Of a stretch of 64,000 nucleotides of DNA, positions 1 to 12,452 are shown piece by piece (position 1 is the stretch's first letter; each line of letters begins with the position of its first letter). This DNA comes from Salpingoeca rosetta (lineage: Eukaryota; Protista; Choanoflagellata), in assembly GCA_033442325.1 (NCBI GenBank), contig JAWQFM010000034.1:1-64000 (forward strand), given 5' to 3'. A model generated the notes under the pieces. That model was given only the letters and a program-made list of their open reading frames with translations. It was not told the DNA's origin and searched no databases. The position numbers were made by a program, and so were the translations under genes.

Positions 1-3000
1 CATCACACACACAATCACACACCTCGTCGTCGATCAACGCAGCTGCCTGACATATGCGCACACGCGCACGTACATCTGCAGTCACACACACACACACAGA
101 GTCAGACATGGTATGGCAGAGTGAGACAGTGCACCATGCACACGCATACACAGCAATGCAACCACAACCACCACAACCACCACAACGACAACATATCTCC
201 CCCCATCTCCATCCCCCAAAATGCACGGTCACATGACCAGGTGCACAGCCGTGGTGGTGATAATGGCCGTGAGGAACGCCTTCCTCCCCACTTCCCCTCA
301 ACCCCTTCCATTAAACACACACACCATTGCGTGCCCTCACCTCGTGCATCGTGTTGCTGTCGGCGTGGTTGATGGCGCTGCGCACACATGTACACGCACA
401 CACACATCGCTGTGTGTGTTCCCAGTTGAGATGAGCAACGGAGAGAGAGAGAAATGAGCGACACGACACGACGGCCAGTCAACCCCAGCCAATCTAATCC
501 AGCATCACCGCCGTGTGTTGCCTGCTGCAGTCATCATCACAATCACACAATCACAATCACAGGTACAAGCAAAAGGAATGAGCCGCTGATGTGTGTGTCA
601 TTGTCATTTGATATTGCCACCACACGACATCACGTGCATGTGTACACGCACTCCCATCCCCCAACCAACATCATCGCCCTCCCATCACTTCCCTTCCCTC
701 TCCCTCCTTTCGCTCTGCACTCCCACGTCGCCCCATCACCACCACCACCACCCGCCGTGTCACTTCCCTCCTCCCCCTGCTTCCCACCACTCCACACAAC
801 ACAGCCCACCAACCAACCAACCGCCAACGATCATCTTCACCTGTGCTTGATGCAGCCAGCCAGCCGATGGGCCACAGCGAAGCCAAACAAAAAGGAAGCG
901 CAGTCACACGCCACGGCCACCATCGTCATCGCTGATGGAGCAGAAAGAGGAGATGAAGGGGGAAGAGTGGTGGGCAAGGGCCGTGTCCTTCCTTGTCTTC
1001 ATCGGCGCAGCCCCAAACACGGTGCACAGCGCACACGCGCAACAGCACGGCCATCATCACAGCAACAGCAGTAGCAGCAGCGAGTATGCCAGCCTGCGTG
1101 GATGCCTGTGAGGCAAGGGGAAACCAACCAGAGACGAACAACAATGACCGGTGGTGGTGAGGACAGGAAAGGAGGAACACAAGGGACCACGCATGGAAAT
1201 ATGCAGCATGTTGTGGCGGGGTGCATCACCTACACACGAGAACAACAAAGCAAGCACCCAACAAGCAAGCAGGCAAACACGCGATATCACCACCACATCC
1301 ACCACATCCACCACTGCTGCAATACCTGTGTTGGCCGCTGTCTCGATCACGCCTCAACAGCTCCACATCACATGGGGAAGGCTGATGATGATGACGATGA
1401 CACAGAGCAAAGGGGATTGGTTGGGAAAAGGGGAAGGGAAATCGGTTGGGGAAACCCGCACTCATCCGCCTGCAGCCACGCACACATGCACACGCACATT
1501 TGAGTTGTGTGATTGATTCATGTGAGACACACGTCAGTGCAACCACCCCACAGCCAATGACTGCTGTGATTTGTTGGCATACATGTGTACATGCGTGTAC
1601 GTGCGTGTGAATGAGTACTACCACCCCATCACCACACACACACACGCACACACACACACACACAAATGTCCAACGTCTCACCTCGTGCCTTCTTTTCTTG
1701 CACATTTGTGTGTGCGTGTATCGCCCTGCTCGTGTCGTGAGGGCCTGGGAAGAGAACGGCCACCGTCCTGTGCAAAATCACACACATGTACACATGCGCA
1801 AGCACAAACAATCAAATCAGCAAGAATGACACCACGCAGTGAGCCAGTATGGCAGAAACAAACCACATCCACCTCGTTTGCCACATTCACATCACCCACA
1901 TCACCACCTGTGCATGCACATGTCACATCCCCAAACACAGATACACACCACCACCGCCACAAGCAGCACATCTGCACATGCGTGTGCGTGCGCCGTGTAC
2001 ATCCACCACAAACCACTCACCACCATCATTGTCGTCGTCACAACGGCACATCGACGCGCAATACACCCTGTATGTGTGCGTGTGGAGAAAGAGGCGAGTT
2101 GGCACAGAATCAGGATATCAACGACAACAACATCCATTGCCACCACATCCGACCAACGCTTCACAATCACACACATACGACATGCTGATGTTCACACCCA
2201 GCACATCACACGCCACCCACATCACCACAACCACCACCATTCTTCATCTCACCTCCACATCCATGGCCGCAGCCGCTGCTGTTGGGGACCAATGACGGCG
2301 ACGACGAGGAGGAGATGGACAAGATACAGAGGGCCCGTTCATCCAAATGCAGCCACACATCAGCTGTTGTTGCTGATGGTGGAAACGGTGAAAACAAACG
2401 GCCCCTTGCCACGCCGTGTCCATTTGCTCGCTCGCTCGGCTGTTTGGTTGGTCGGTTGGATGGAAGCGGGATACATGGCCCTGTGTCCAAATCAATCGAA
2501 AAACAGGAGAGAAGAAGAAGAAACAGACACATGAGTGCGTAGAACGGACCAGGAAAGAGGGAAGCGAAGAAGGGAAACACACCATGTCAACCATACACAC
2601 ACACACACATCTCAGTCGCCCCTCTCACCTTCATCACTCGTCATTGTCATCGTCGTTGGTTCCACCGCTTCATTCGCCTCGCCAACGCTGTGAAACGTGT
2701 GTGTGCACAGACACAAGATGGGAGAGAATGCAAGGGGGTGAGGTTGACAGCGAAGCATCAACAGCCACACGCCAGCCCCATCCAACCACCCGCACTGACA
2801 CACATCCACACGCACACATCTTGTCCCCACTCACCACCATGCACACACACACACGCACACACATGCTCACCTCTTCATCAGAGCGAGTGACATGTGCAAT
2901 GTCTGCCTCACGCCAGATTGGGGCTGGTGTCGGCCGGCGTGTGATGGCGGCTGTGCAGTCGATGGCGATGATGGTGATGACGGTGACGGCCGAGCTGAGG

Positions 3001-3213
3001 TGGAAGAGAAAGAAAGGAGAGAGAATGGGGGAAGGGTGATGATGATGTGTCGTTCATGGCGGCTACTTCCCCCTCCTCTGATGTGGCCCTGGTGTCCATG
3101 CAACCAACACGCAACGACAAGACACAACAACATCAACACACACAACACACAGGCGTGGCATGGGAGCACAGCAGACGTGTTCACCTTCCTGCCCCCTCCT
3201 CTGCCTTCCTCCA

Positions 3214-3279
<66 letters not shown>

Positions 3280-5268
3280 GCGCATAGCTGCGTCGCTGTG
3301 GTTGGATGTGCCCACCATGACCATGGATGTGTGTGTCCACAGCTGCTCCTCCCAATTCATCATGTGTGCACCGCTCATTATCCTCCAACGATCCTCAGGC
3401 AGCCATCCCCTGCATACACACACACACATGACATGTGAGTTGCACAGCGACACTGCTACGAGATACAACAGCAGCGACAACACCAAGCACACCCAGAGCA
3501 GCAACAACAACACATGCACCGTGTGCCAACCAAAACATCCATGATGGGCTGACCTTGCTCACGCATATGGGAACACTGCATGAGCACAGCAACGGCAGCC
3601 GAATCGGGGTGGTTGCAGCTGCAGTATCCGGCATGCTAGCCCACTTCCATCAACATCCTGATGTGTGCTGGCACCTCACCACCTGTGCATGTGTGCATGT
3701 GCGTGGTTGCAGGGAACGTGGATGGGAATAGAACACAACAGGCACGGAGCAAGCCATTATGTCAGCAGAGCAGAACAAGGGATTGATATCACACGCACCA
3801 CGTGTGCGCGTATGTGTCGGTGTGTGTGTGCGTGCGTGTGTCGGTGTGCGTGATCATCATCCCCCATCAACCCCTCTTCCCTTGTTCGCTTTACCGCACC
3901 CCAGCACCGCCACCATCACAGCCCCATCACACAACCAACAACCGCTCATCACCACCCACATACCATGTGTGAGGCGAGTGTAGCTGGCACGCGTGGCAAG
4001 TATCCTCGACATTTCCCTCATCCTGTTGCCTGTGCGTGCGCATCGCCTGTAAGTGTGGTTGTGTGCGAGCACCAGCATGGTGAGTGAGTGGGAGGGAAGG
4101 CAGGGGGGCATGGATATGTGCGCAGCTACACTGCTGCCACTGCTGGTGTTGTGCATGTATGTGTGTGAAGAAGAAAGAGGAGAGAGAGAGAGGAAACAGA
4201 AAACAAAAGGGAAGGAACAAGACATGCTGCACCCCATCCATTCCATCCATCCCTCTTCCTCACACCACACCACCATGCTCTGTCATCAACCAGCCAGCCA
4301 CACCACACCGTACCACACCACACTCACTCAGCATCCCCCACCCCACCTTATCCCATCCATCCAGCCATCCAGCCAACACACATCTCCTCTCCCTTTCCCC
4401 TCTTCTTCTCGCCCTCACCTCTGCTTGCTGCTGCTTCCAGCCGAAAACGCAACTTGTGCCGTCGGCACCTGTTCCCAGCTGCAAACAAACAGCCAGCTTC
4501 CGCCAGCAGCAGCGGGCGATGGGTTGGTTGGGGGATGTGTTCAGCAGCAAGTGATGCTGGTGGTCACGTCCACCTCCTCCTGCACATCTCTGCTGCATCG
4601 GCGGTGGAGGGTGTGTTGGCTGCTGCTGCTGTTGTTGTTGTTGTGATGGCCGTCAGGGAGGGCGAGAAAGAGAGGGGAATATGAGCAGCGGCTGCAAGGT
4701 GGAGAATGTGCAGGTGTGCAAGCAGTTGTGTGTGTGAGAACGACGAATGAGACAGGCATCACGCAAGGCAAAACAGGCAGCCGCACGACACACATGCACA
4801 CATTGATGTGGGACAACAAGGGGAGACAGGAGCAACAGAGACAGCGACCACAAAACACGCACACTGGTGCTGTGCTCATCACACACACACGCACATGCAG
4901 TGACGCACTCACGTTGCTCATCGCTGGCTTGCTTGTGCTGTGGTGTATTGCTGGTGTTGCTGCTTCCGCAGCCGCACAGCGTGGCTGGATGATCATCGCA
5001 TGGCAGCGCCCGTCTGTTCATCCCACCAGAGCAGTGGTTATTGGTGGAGGGAGGGGTGACAGCTGCTGGCTCAAGGGCCCTCTGTGTGGCGACAGCAGAA
5101 AGTAGGAAGGGGAAACGAGCAAGTGTGGAGGGTGGTGGTGATAGTCGTGTTGAGGGTGGGAAGGGAAGGATGTGAGCAAACACACAAGCAAATGAGGAGG
5201 TGATGATGGCGTGTGGATGGGCGGAGAAGAGAACACGCACGTCAACACACACACAGACACACACCTAC

Positions 5269-5597
5269 CTGCCAGGCGTTGTCGCCGCTGAACAGGTTGA
5301 TCCTGGCAGACTCCAGCGCTGACAGTAGCAAATAGCACAGTCATAACACACGAGTTGGCAGATGGTGAGAGTGGTTGAACGGACACGAGAACACGTGAGC
5401 AACGCACACATCACACCATACTCCCCACACTCACTCGACAGCCCCCTGTCCCAACAACATACTCCCTCACCTGTGTGCACTTGGGTGGAGATGGACTTGA
5501 AGAACTCCTCAAACATAAACACAACGCGTCTCTGCATCATCTCCACCACCTCATCAGGGATCGACCGCAGGATCCTCGGAAGCTGAACACAGTTGTG

Positions 5598-5636
<39 letters not shown>

Positions 5637-6077
5637 CGTGACATGCAAGCCATCACAACCACAATCCCCATCAAAACACACCACCCCTCACGCATCGCTT
5701 GACATCCCCATGTCACCGACCTGTCACCACACCTCGAGGAGCCTGTGCTCGGGAATGCGGATGCTGAACGTCTCCCAGTCCAGCAGGTCCTGGTAGGGCT
5801 GCAAGAATGCAAAAAGCAAACGCCATCATATCACATCACAGCACCATGAGCGACGGGAGGGGTACATCCACACAGTGATGTGACACACAAGAAACACACA
5901 CACACACAATGTACAATCCATCCATACGCACCAGCACGTAGTGATCGACGACAATGACGGGGATGGTACCCGCAGCCATGATCTGAGACGTGAAGCGAGT
6001 GGCAGGAGGTGGAAGGTGGGTGATGAGCACGAACAGGACCGAAATCGTCTGCAACACACACGCACGCACACACGCAC

Positions 6078-6147
<70 letters not shown>

Positions 6148-7850
6148 CTGAAGGGGTGGTACCCAATTGCTTCCACGATGAGCCCAAACTTGGTCTCCAG
6201 CGCCAGATCCGTGTACGTGTACTTGTTGAGCTCTTCCTCTGCCTGCTTGCACGAGGGGTCATAGCCAACCTTCGCCCTCACGACCCATGCGCTCCTCGTC
6301 AAACCACCGGCACGCGCACACCAACACAATGTCCCTGCGCATACACAAGCAAACATACAAAGAGACGATGTATGTGTGTATGTGTGTGTGTGTGAGGTGG
6401 ATCCAGACAGACACGCACACAGCACCAAAACCAGTTGACTCCGAGGCAACGCACGAGACACACCCGGAACACGACAACACACAACATCACACACGCACCA
6501 CACCTACCGTTGTGAACTGTGGAGAGATGGTTGCGCATGGCATGAGAGCGAGCAGACTTGGTGGTGCCTCTGCACATCAGGGAAAGAAGACACATGTCAA
6601 GCAGCGGCACCCCGACAGGTTTGGAGTGAGGTTGCAGCAGCACAAGAAGGGCAAGCGGTGGTGCAGTGAGCGACACCGACCCCTCGAACCCCAGCAGCAG
6701 CAGTAGTGAACATCGTACCCCACATCGCACCACGTCACAACACACACGCATGCAAGCACACACCTGAAGGTGACGAGGTACTTCCTGTTTGTGCGGGCGG
6801 AACGCGTCGCTGCTCCGGTGTGAATGAATGAATGTCACAATGGAGAAGAGTGGCATGGACACATCGAGGCCGTCACGGTGGTGGAATTCACTCAGGCCAA
6901 CCTGATGCAGGTGGTGATGCGAAACAAGGCGGCATTGGTGAAGTGTAAGCAACAGCAGTCGTAGATGGTGAGCGCAGGCACACACAGTCATGTTCCAACA
7001 CACACACACGCACACATTGTACCTCTGCAAGAATGGGGTGTTCTGCATGCCAGGGAGACATGGTGTGTCACTGTACTCAAACAGGATGTGGTAGCGGCCC
7101 TCATTCCAATACGCAAGTCTGCCATGCATCACATGTATTGTTATGTGTGTTTGGAAGGCAGCCATGAACATAGGTTCTCTCGCACGCACGACATCAAGAT
7201 CCGCAAGCACACGAGCACCACAAGCAACAACAAACCACCACCTCAGCTGGAGAGATTGCGGTAGATGGCTGCGCTCACGGGATGCATCGACTCAATGCTG
7301 CCAGAGTACGTGCTGTGCATGCAATCTTTCAGCCGCAAGCGCGCACACACAGTTGTGAGGTGGTGGTGGTGGTGATGGTGACGGCTGTGGAAGCCCGTGC
7401 ATCTGCACCGACGCGACACACGCACAATCACAAACACACACACACTCACACACACACACACACACACCTTCACACCAGCACGACACGTCTGTGCCTGGAA
7501 CGAGGAGGCAAGCCTTGGACAGGTCATCGGTGCTGTACGGCCGTCAAGGATGGCGGTTCGGATGGCGCGGTCGATGGCTGGCAGGGGCGGCCTCTTCATC
7601 AGCAGTCAGACGGTACACGTACACCTGCCATAGATGCACGCACGCATGAACACGCAATCATAACACACACGCAGACAGAGAGTGTGAGGTCATCATGCTT
7701 CCGTTGCACTCCATGCCACGTCGTTGCTGTTGCTGTGTTGGTGGGTCTTCACCACCTTGAACGATGGGCGTGCGGCGATCCCTGACATCAGGGCCGTCAT
7801 TGGCAGTGCGATGGCGCAGCGGCATCTCGGTGCAGTGCGTTCTGGTAACA
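5269..7850 (-). pseudogene. Exostosin-like (EXT1-type GT47) glycosyltransferase, multi-exon, apparently frameshifted; ends approximate
   Basis: Exon pieces follow the EXT GT47 order: FKV|YVY...IDRAIRTAILDG/PYSTDDLSKACLLVP, WNEGRYHILFEYSD, DGLDVSMPLF, RKYLVTFR|G, RNHLSTVHNG|RDIVLVCAC, GYDPSCKQAEEELNKYTY, TKFGLIVEAIGYHPFR, IMAAGTIPVIVVDHYVL|PYQDLLDWETFSIRIPEHRLLE|LPRILRSIPDEVVEMMQRRVVFMFEEFFKSI. The homologous reading changes frame inside exons near 7535-7580, 6800-6830 and 6275. Confidence 0.75.
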
Positions 7851-8003
7851 GTGGTGGTTGTGGTGGAGACGATGGGTGCATTTGTTGTGTGATGAGGCGC
7901 GCGGATGAAAGGGGATGGGGGGAGTGTTGGGAGATATCTGCAACGAACCGCTGCACGCACGCACACACACACACACACACACATCACACACACACACACA
8001 CAC

Positions 8004-8166
8004 NNNNNNNNNNNNNNNNNNNNNNNNNNNNNNNNNNNNNNNNNNNNNNNNNNNNNNNNNNNNNNNNNNNNNNNNNNNNNNNNNNNNNNNNNNNNNNNNN
8101 NNNNNNNNNNNNNNNNNNNNNNNNNNNNNNNNNNNNNNNNNNNNNNNNNNNNNNNNNNNNNNNNNN
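8004..8166. other. Assembly gap (N run)
   Basis: Run of N. Confidence 1.
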
Positions 8167-10094
8167 AGCAGCAGCAACAACAACAACAGCAGCAGCAGGG
8201 AGCAGCGGGGGGATATTGATGATGATGACAATGACACATGCAATCCATCAATCAATCAATCAAGCAGACGAGCAAGCAGGCAAGCGAGCCAAACAAAGGA
8301 CATGTATTCATTCACTCCACGTGGACGAGCGACACGCCCACCACGTGGTGCGTGCGTGTGTGTTGTACTCACTGCTCTGCTTCCTTCACACTGTTCCTCT
8401 CTTCCTCGCAGTCCACTCTCCCTTTCTTTCTCTTGCACACCCCTTGCTTGACCTGCTCTCTGCACACCCTCTCTTCTCCACCCCCCCCCACTCACACGTC
8501 TCAAGTCACATGCCTCCCACCTCCCCCTTTGCTTTTGGCTGCAACGCTGCGCGTCTTCATCTCCACCTCCACCACCTGTTTTGCAGGCTGACGTTGAGGA
8601 TGATGATGGTGGCTTGAACAACAGTACCGTATCCTTGAGCGGGTGCCATCACCGTGTGCCACGGCAACAAGAGGCACTTCCTTCTCTCTCGCTCTGTCTC
8701 GGTATGTGCATGGCTGATGGCGTGGGGGGGGTGTTGCCTGGGATTTCCATTCGGCTGCACTGCACCTCAATGCGCTGTGTGACGCGACATGCACACCACA
8801 GCTTGCACTCCTCCTTCCCCCACTTATCCCCTCTGCAAGTCCTTGTCCTTGTCAACCGCGTCCCCTCGTCAATCACACCCCCCACACACACTCTCTCCTT
8901 TACCCCTGTCACGATGTGTGCTTGCTTCAGAGCAGGCCGCTGACATTGTCATCACCACTGTCAGACGGTGGTCGGTGCCATGCACGGGCATGGAGACAGT
9001 GAGCCAGCTCGTGGTCTCCAGCGTGGTGGCTGGAATGTGTGTTGAGGTGAAAGATCCCACCACCACACTTCCGCTTCCATATCACCATGGCTGACACCAC
9101 TAGCACTGCTGGTTGACACGCACCAGCAGACATCGCTCCCAGCGCCACACAAGATGTGTGTGTGTGTGTGTGTGATTGAATTCATTTGCACTCGTTGCTC
9201 CTCCCGCATGTCGAAACAACCACGCACACCGACCACCCCTCGTCAACACAACACCATTCAACATCCCCACTGGGCTGATGCAGGGCTGCACTGGCACGTC
9301 GTGCACGACAGCTTCTCATCGTCAGTTCTCCCTTCTCTCCTTTTTGGTCTTCACACAAGTCGCATCACCCCCGCCCAGCAGAGCGCCTGCATCTTACGCC
9401 CCACCCTCCCGTTGCACGCGTGCGCACACCGATTCCGACCCAGCGCAGGCTCTGCTGCTGCAGCCAACCACCCACACACATCGTCACCGCAACGCCGCTT
9501 CAACCAATCGCAGCCACTGACAGCCACCGGCATTGCACCTTTGCTGTGATTGAGTGCTGCCAGCACGTGGCCCCACCTCAACCTGCCACATCATCATCAC
9601 TATCCCCGACACTGCCATGTGTGTGTGTGCATGCATGCGTGTTCACACCATCGTTAACCACACCACATTGACACAGCAACAGCTGCACTGCTTGCTGTCC
9701 TGCGCGGCGTTGTGGCGGTGCACTCAAGGCCCTTTTGCCAGCCAGTTTCTCGCTGCTGCTAGCTGTACTTCTCCCTGCCCATCTCAATCACCTCAGCTTC
9801 AACCACAACTGCTGCTGTTTTCCGCCACCTCATCGTCTGCCAGCGAAGCATCACACCGCGGCCACAGCCGTCACTGCACGCTGCCGGTTTCAAGCAGCTC
9901 ACTGCGCTGGATGCTGTTGGCTCGTGGACCACCACACCGTGGTTGGAAGAGGGATTGGCCGTGATTGTGGCGGTTGTTGTGGTGGTGCTGCACGCAATGA
10001 CAACAACAGCGGCAGTTGATGAGGTGATGGTGTGCTTGCGCTCCTCACTGGTTGCAGCGGCAGCAAGGAGGTGGCCATCGTGTTTCTGGTTGGC

Positions 10095-10645
10095 ATGCAT
10101 GTGCTGGCCGACGTGGCGCAGGAGCGGTTCAGGGACTACGACAATGACTCTGTGCCGTTTATGAAGAACATTCTCCAACACGCAAACAACAGGCAATACC
10201 GCATGCTGCGCGGCCTGATGGGCGTGTCTGTTTGCAAGGACATGTTTGCGCCGGATGCACACGACTTCATGCGCATTATGCAAGCCAGCGCCGCCCAGAT
10301 TGAGGAGGATGATCCACAACCCTCATACATCCACACAAGGTGCGCTCAAGGCCAAGAGAGACAGAGAGAGAGAGAGAGAGTGTGTGTGTGTGTGTGTATG
10401 TGTGTGTGTGTGAGTGAACATGTGTGAACATGTCGCTTCGTCGTTTCCCTCCTTTCTCCACTTTCGGCTTGCCAAGCCTCACCGCCACCCCTTGTCGTCC
10501 TGCCGCGTTCAGGCTGTTGAGTCGCTGCTCGCTGTGATCCAGGGTGCCCGGCTCCCGCGAATCGCCCAACACCAGCGCGACCGAGAACTGCATCTCCGTC
10601 TTTGTCAAGATTGCACGCAACCGAGCACACGGCCTCTCAGAGGTG

Positions 10646-10700
<55 letters not shown>

Positions 10701-11513
10701 GTGCGTGCGTTGGTACACTCCTTCTTCGCCGTCCTTTTGCTTTGTTTGTTTGCTCTTGTCACTTTTTCGTCGCTTTTTCTTTACCTCCTCATCCACCCAT
10801 CCACCACCAACCCTTGCACAGCCGAGATGCTGACACATTTGCTTGACTGGCTGTCCATTACAGAAGACGACGATGAAGCAAAGTACATCTTCACATACCT
10901 CGTCGAGGTCCTCCAAGCGTGAGTGCTACCGCTGTACTTTGTGTGAGTGAGAGTGTGTGTGTGTGCATGGCCTGGTCGTGCTGCATGTGTCGGTGGTGTG
11001 CTCTGCCGCCTGTCGTTCTTGTTCCCGACTGACTCCCCCGTCCCCTCCTCATTGCTTCCTGTACCTCCCTCGCCTTCCTTTTGTTGTTGCTTCAGTCGGC
11101 AAGATCCCACGCGTGACCGCGCCTGAGAGCCCGGTGAAGATTGTGCGGGCGTTTGTTTGTGCAGATGATTGGCACCCCGGCGGCCGCCGTCGACGAGCCC
11201 CACTGCCAGGGCATGTACACAGCCTCATGGTGCGTGGGTTGTGTTGTGTGTGATTTATGTGATGTGTGTGTGTGTGTGTGTTTGCTGCCTCGAATATGCG
11301 CGACTGTCGTGTACTTCGTGTACTTTCCCATCCTCCTCCTCCTCCTCCTCCTTCCTCCTCTTTGCACTCCTCATTCTCACGCCCTCGTGTCGTTTCCTCT
11401 CGTAGAACATGCAGGATTCGCCTGCCCACGGGGTGGTGGGGCAGTTGATGCAGGATCCTGAGGTGCACGCCCGCGTGCAGCGCGCTGTTAAGGCGCTTGG
11501 CTCGTCCGCGTAG
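10095..11513 (+). pseudogene. Importin-5 (karyopherin beta-3)-like relic, internally deleted and frameshifted
   Basis: LADVAQERFRDYDNDSVPFMKNILQHANNRQYRMLRG-LMGVSVCKDMFAPDAHDFM...EEDDPQPSY resembles mid IPO5 but lacks the KTIECISL-equivalent segment. It then jumps to the C-terminal SATENCISVFVKI and LLDWLSITEDDDEAKYIFTYLVEVLQ. There is a 1-nt frameshift at ~10542 and no N-terminal half was found. Confidence 0.75.
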
Positions 11514-12452
11514 TCGCCATGTTGTGATGTGTCGTGTCAACTTGTGCACAAGTTGAACGAATGGCTGGATGTCTGTCGATTCCTCTGTCGCATTCCTCTT
11601 GTTGCTCTCTTCCCTTGTCTTCTTCTCTTCTCTTCTTGTTCTTCTCTTCTCTTCTGTTCTTCCCTTCCTTCACTCTCCTTCTCGCCTGCTTGCTTGCTTG
11701 CTTGCTTATGTCACGCCCTTCTTGTGCTTGCCTGTTCTTTTCATTGTATGGCGCTGTGTACGGCTGAACACGTTCTTGGTGTGGTTGGTGGATGTGTGCT
11801 GCTGCTGCTGCTGTGCGTATTTGATTCTGGCTTGTGACTGGAGGGTGTTGTTTGATGTGCAGAGGGGTTGGCTGTTGTTTGGTTGGCTTGGCTTCATGTT
11901 GCATTTGGGCACTGCTGTGTGTGTGGATGTGTGTTGAGGTGTTGAGAGCGTTGTTTGTGGGTTGTGTGGCGGACCTGTTCTTTCCTCAGTAAAATGGCTC
12001 GATGAAGATGATGAGACCCGCTTGACGGTGGTGATGGTGGAGCGGCGGTGATGTTTGTGGTTGATGTGGCTACAGACACTGGTGTGTTGTACCAACCAGG
12101 CAAGACCAAGCGAGGAGGGCGCGGCTGTTGTTCCTTTCGGCGACAAGAGAGTCGGGTTGTTGCTGGCTGGAGGCACTTCATCCTGTTTGTTTGTTGTGTT
12201 TCTGTCGACAACGAGGGCTCGAATGAGATTGTTGACGAACATCTTCCACGGAAGCGCTGCTGTGCGGATAACCTCTGTAAGGTTTTGCGAATCGTCCAGA
12301 TGGCTGAGTCGCAAAACACACACACACAAAACAAAGGAAACAAACAAAGCAGCGCGTTGAGTTGTCGTCGTCCATTTTGTCGTCGTCTTCTTCCAGTCAC
12401 TCACGAACACGTCACAACAAGCCACAAGGAGAAAAGACGACGCGCCGTCGCC

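Noticed and set aside
1-5000. Many short His/Thr- or Cys/Val-rich ORFs
   Set aside because: Translations of CA/GT-rich low-complexity DNA. No recognisable domain or consistent exon chain, though unidentifiable relics may exist.
8170-10050. Possible exon-like fragments
   Set aside because: No family could be recognised and no coherent splice model could be built.
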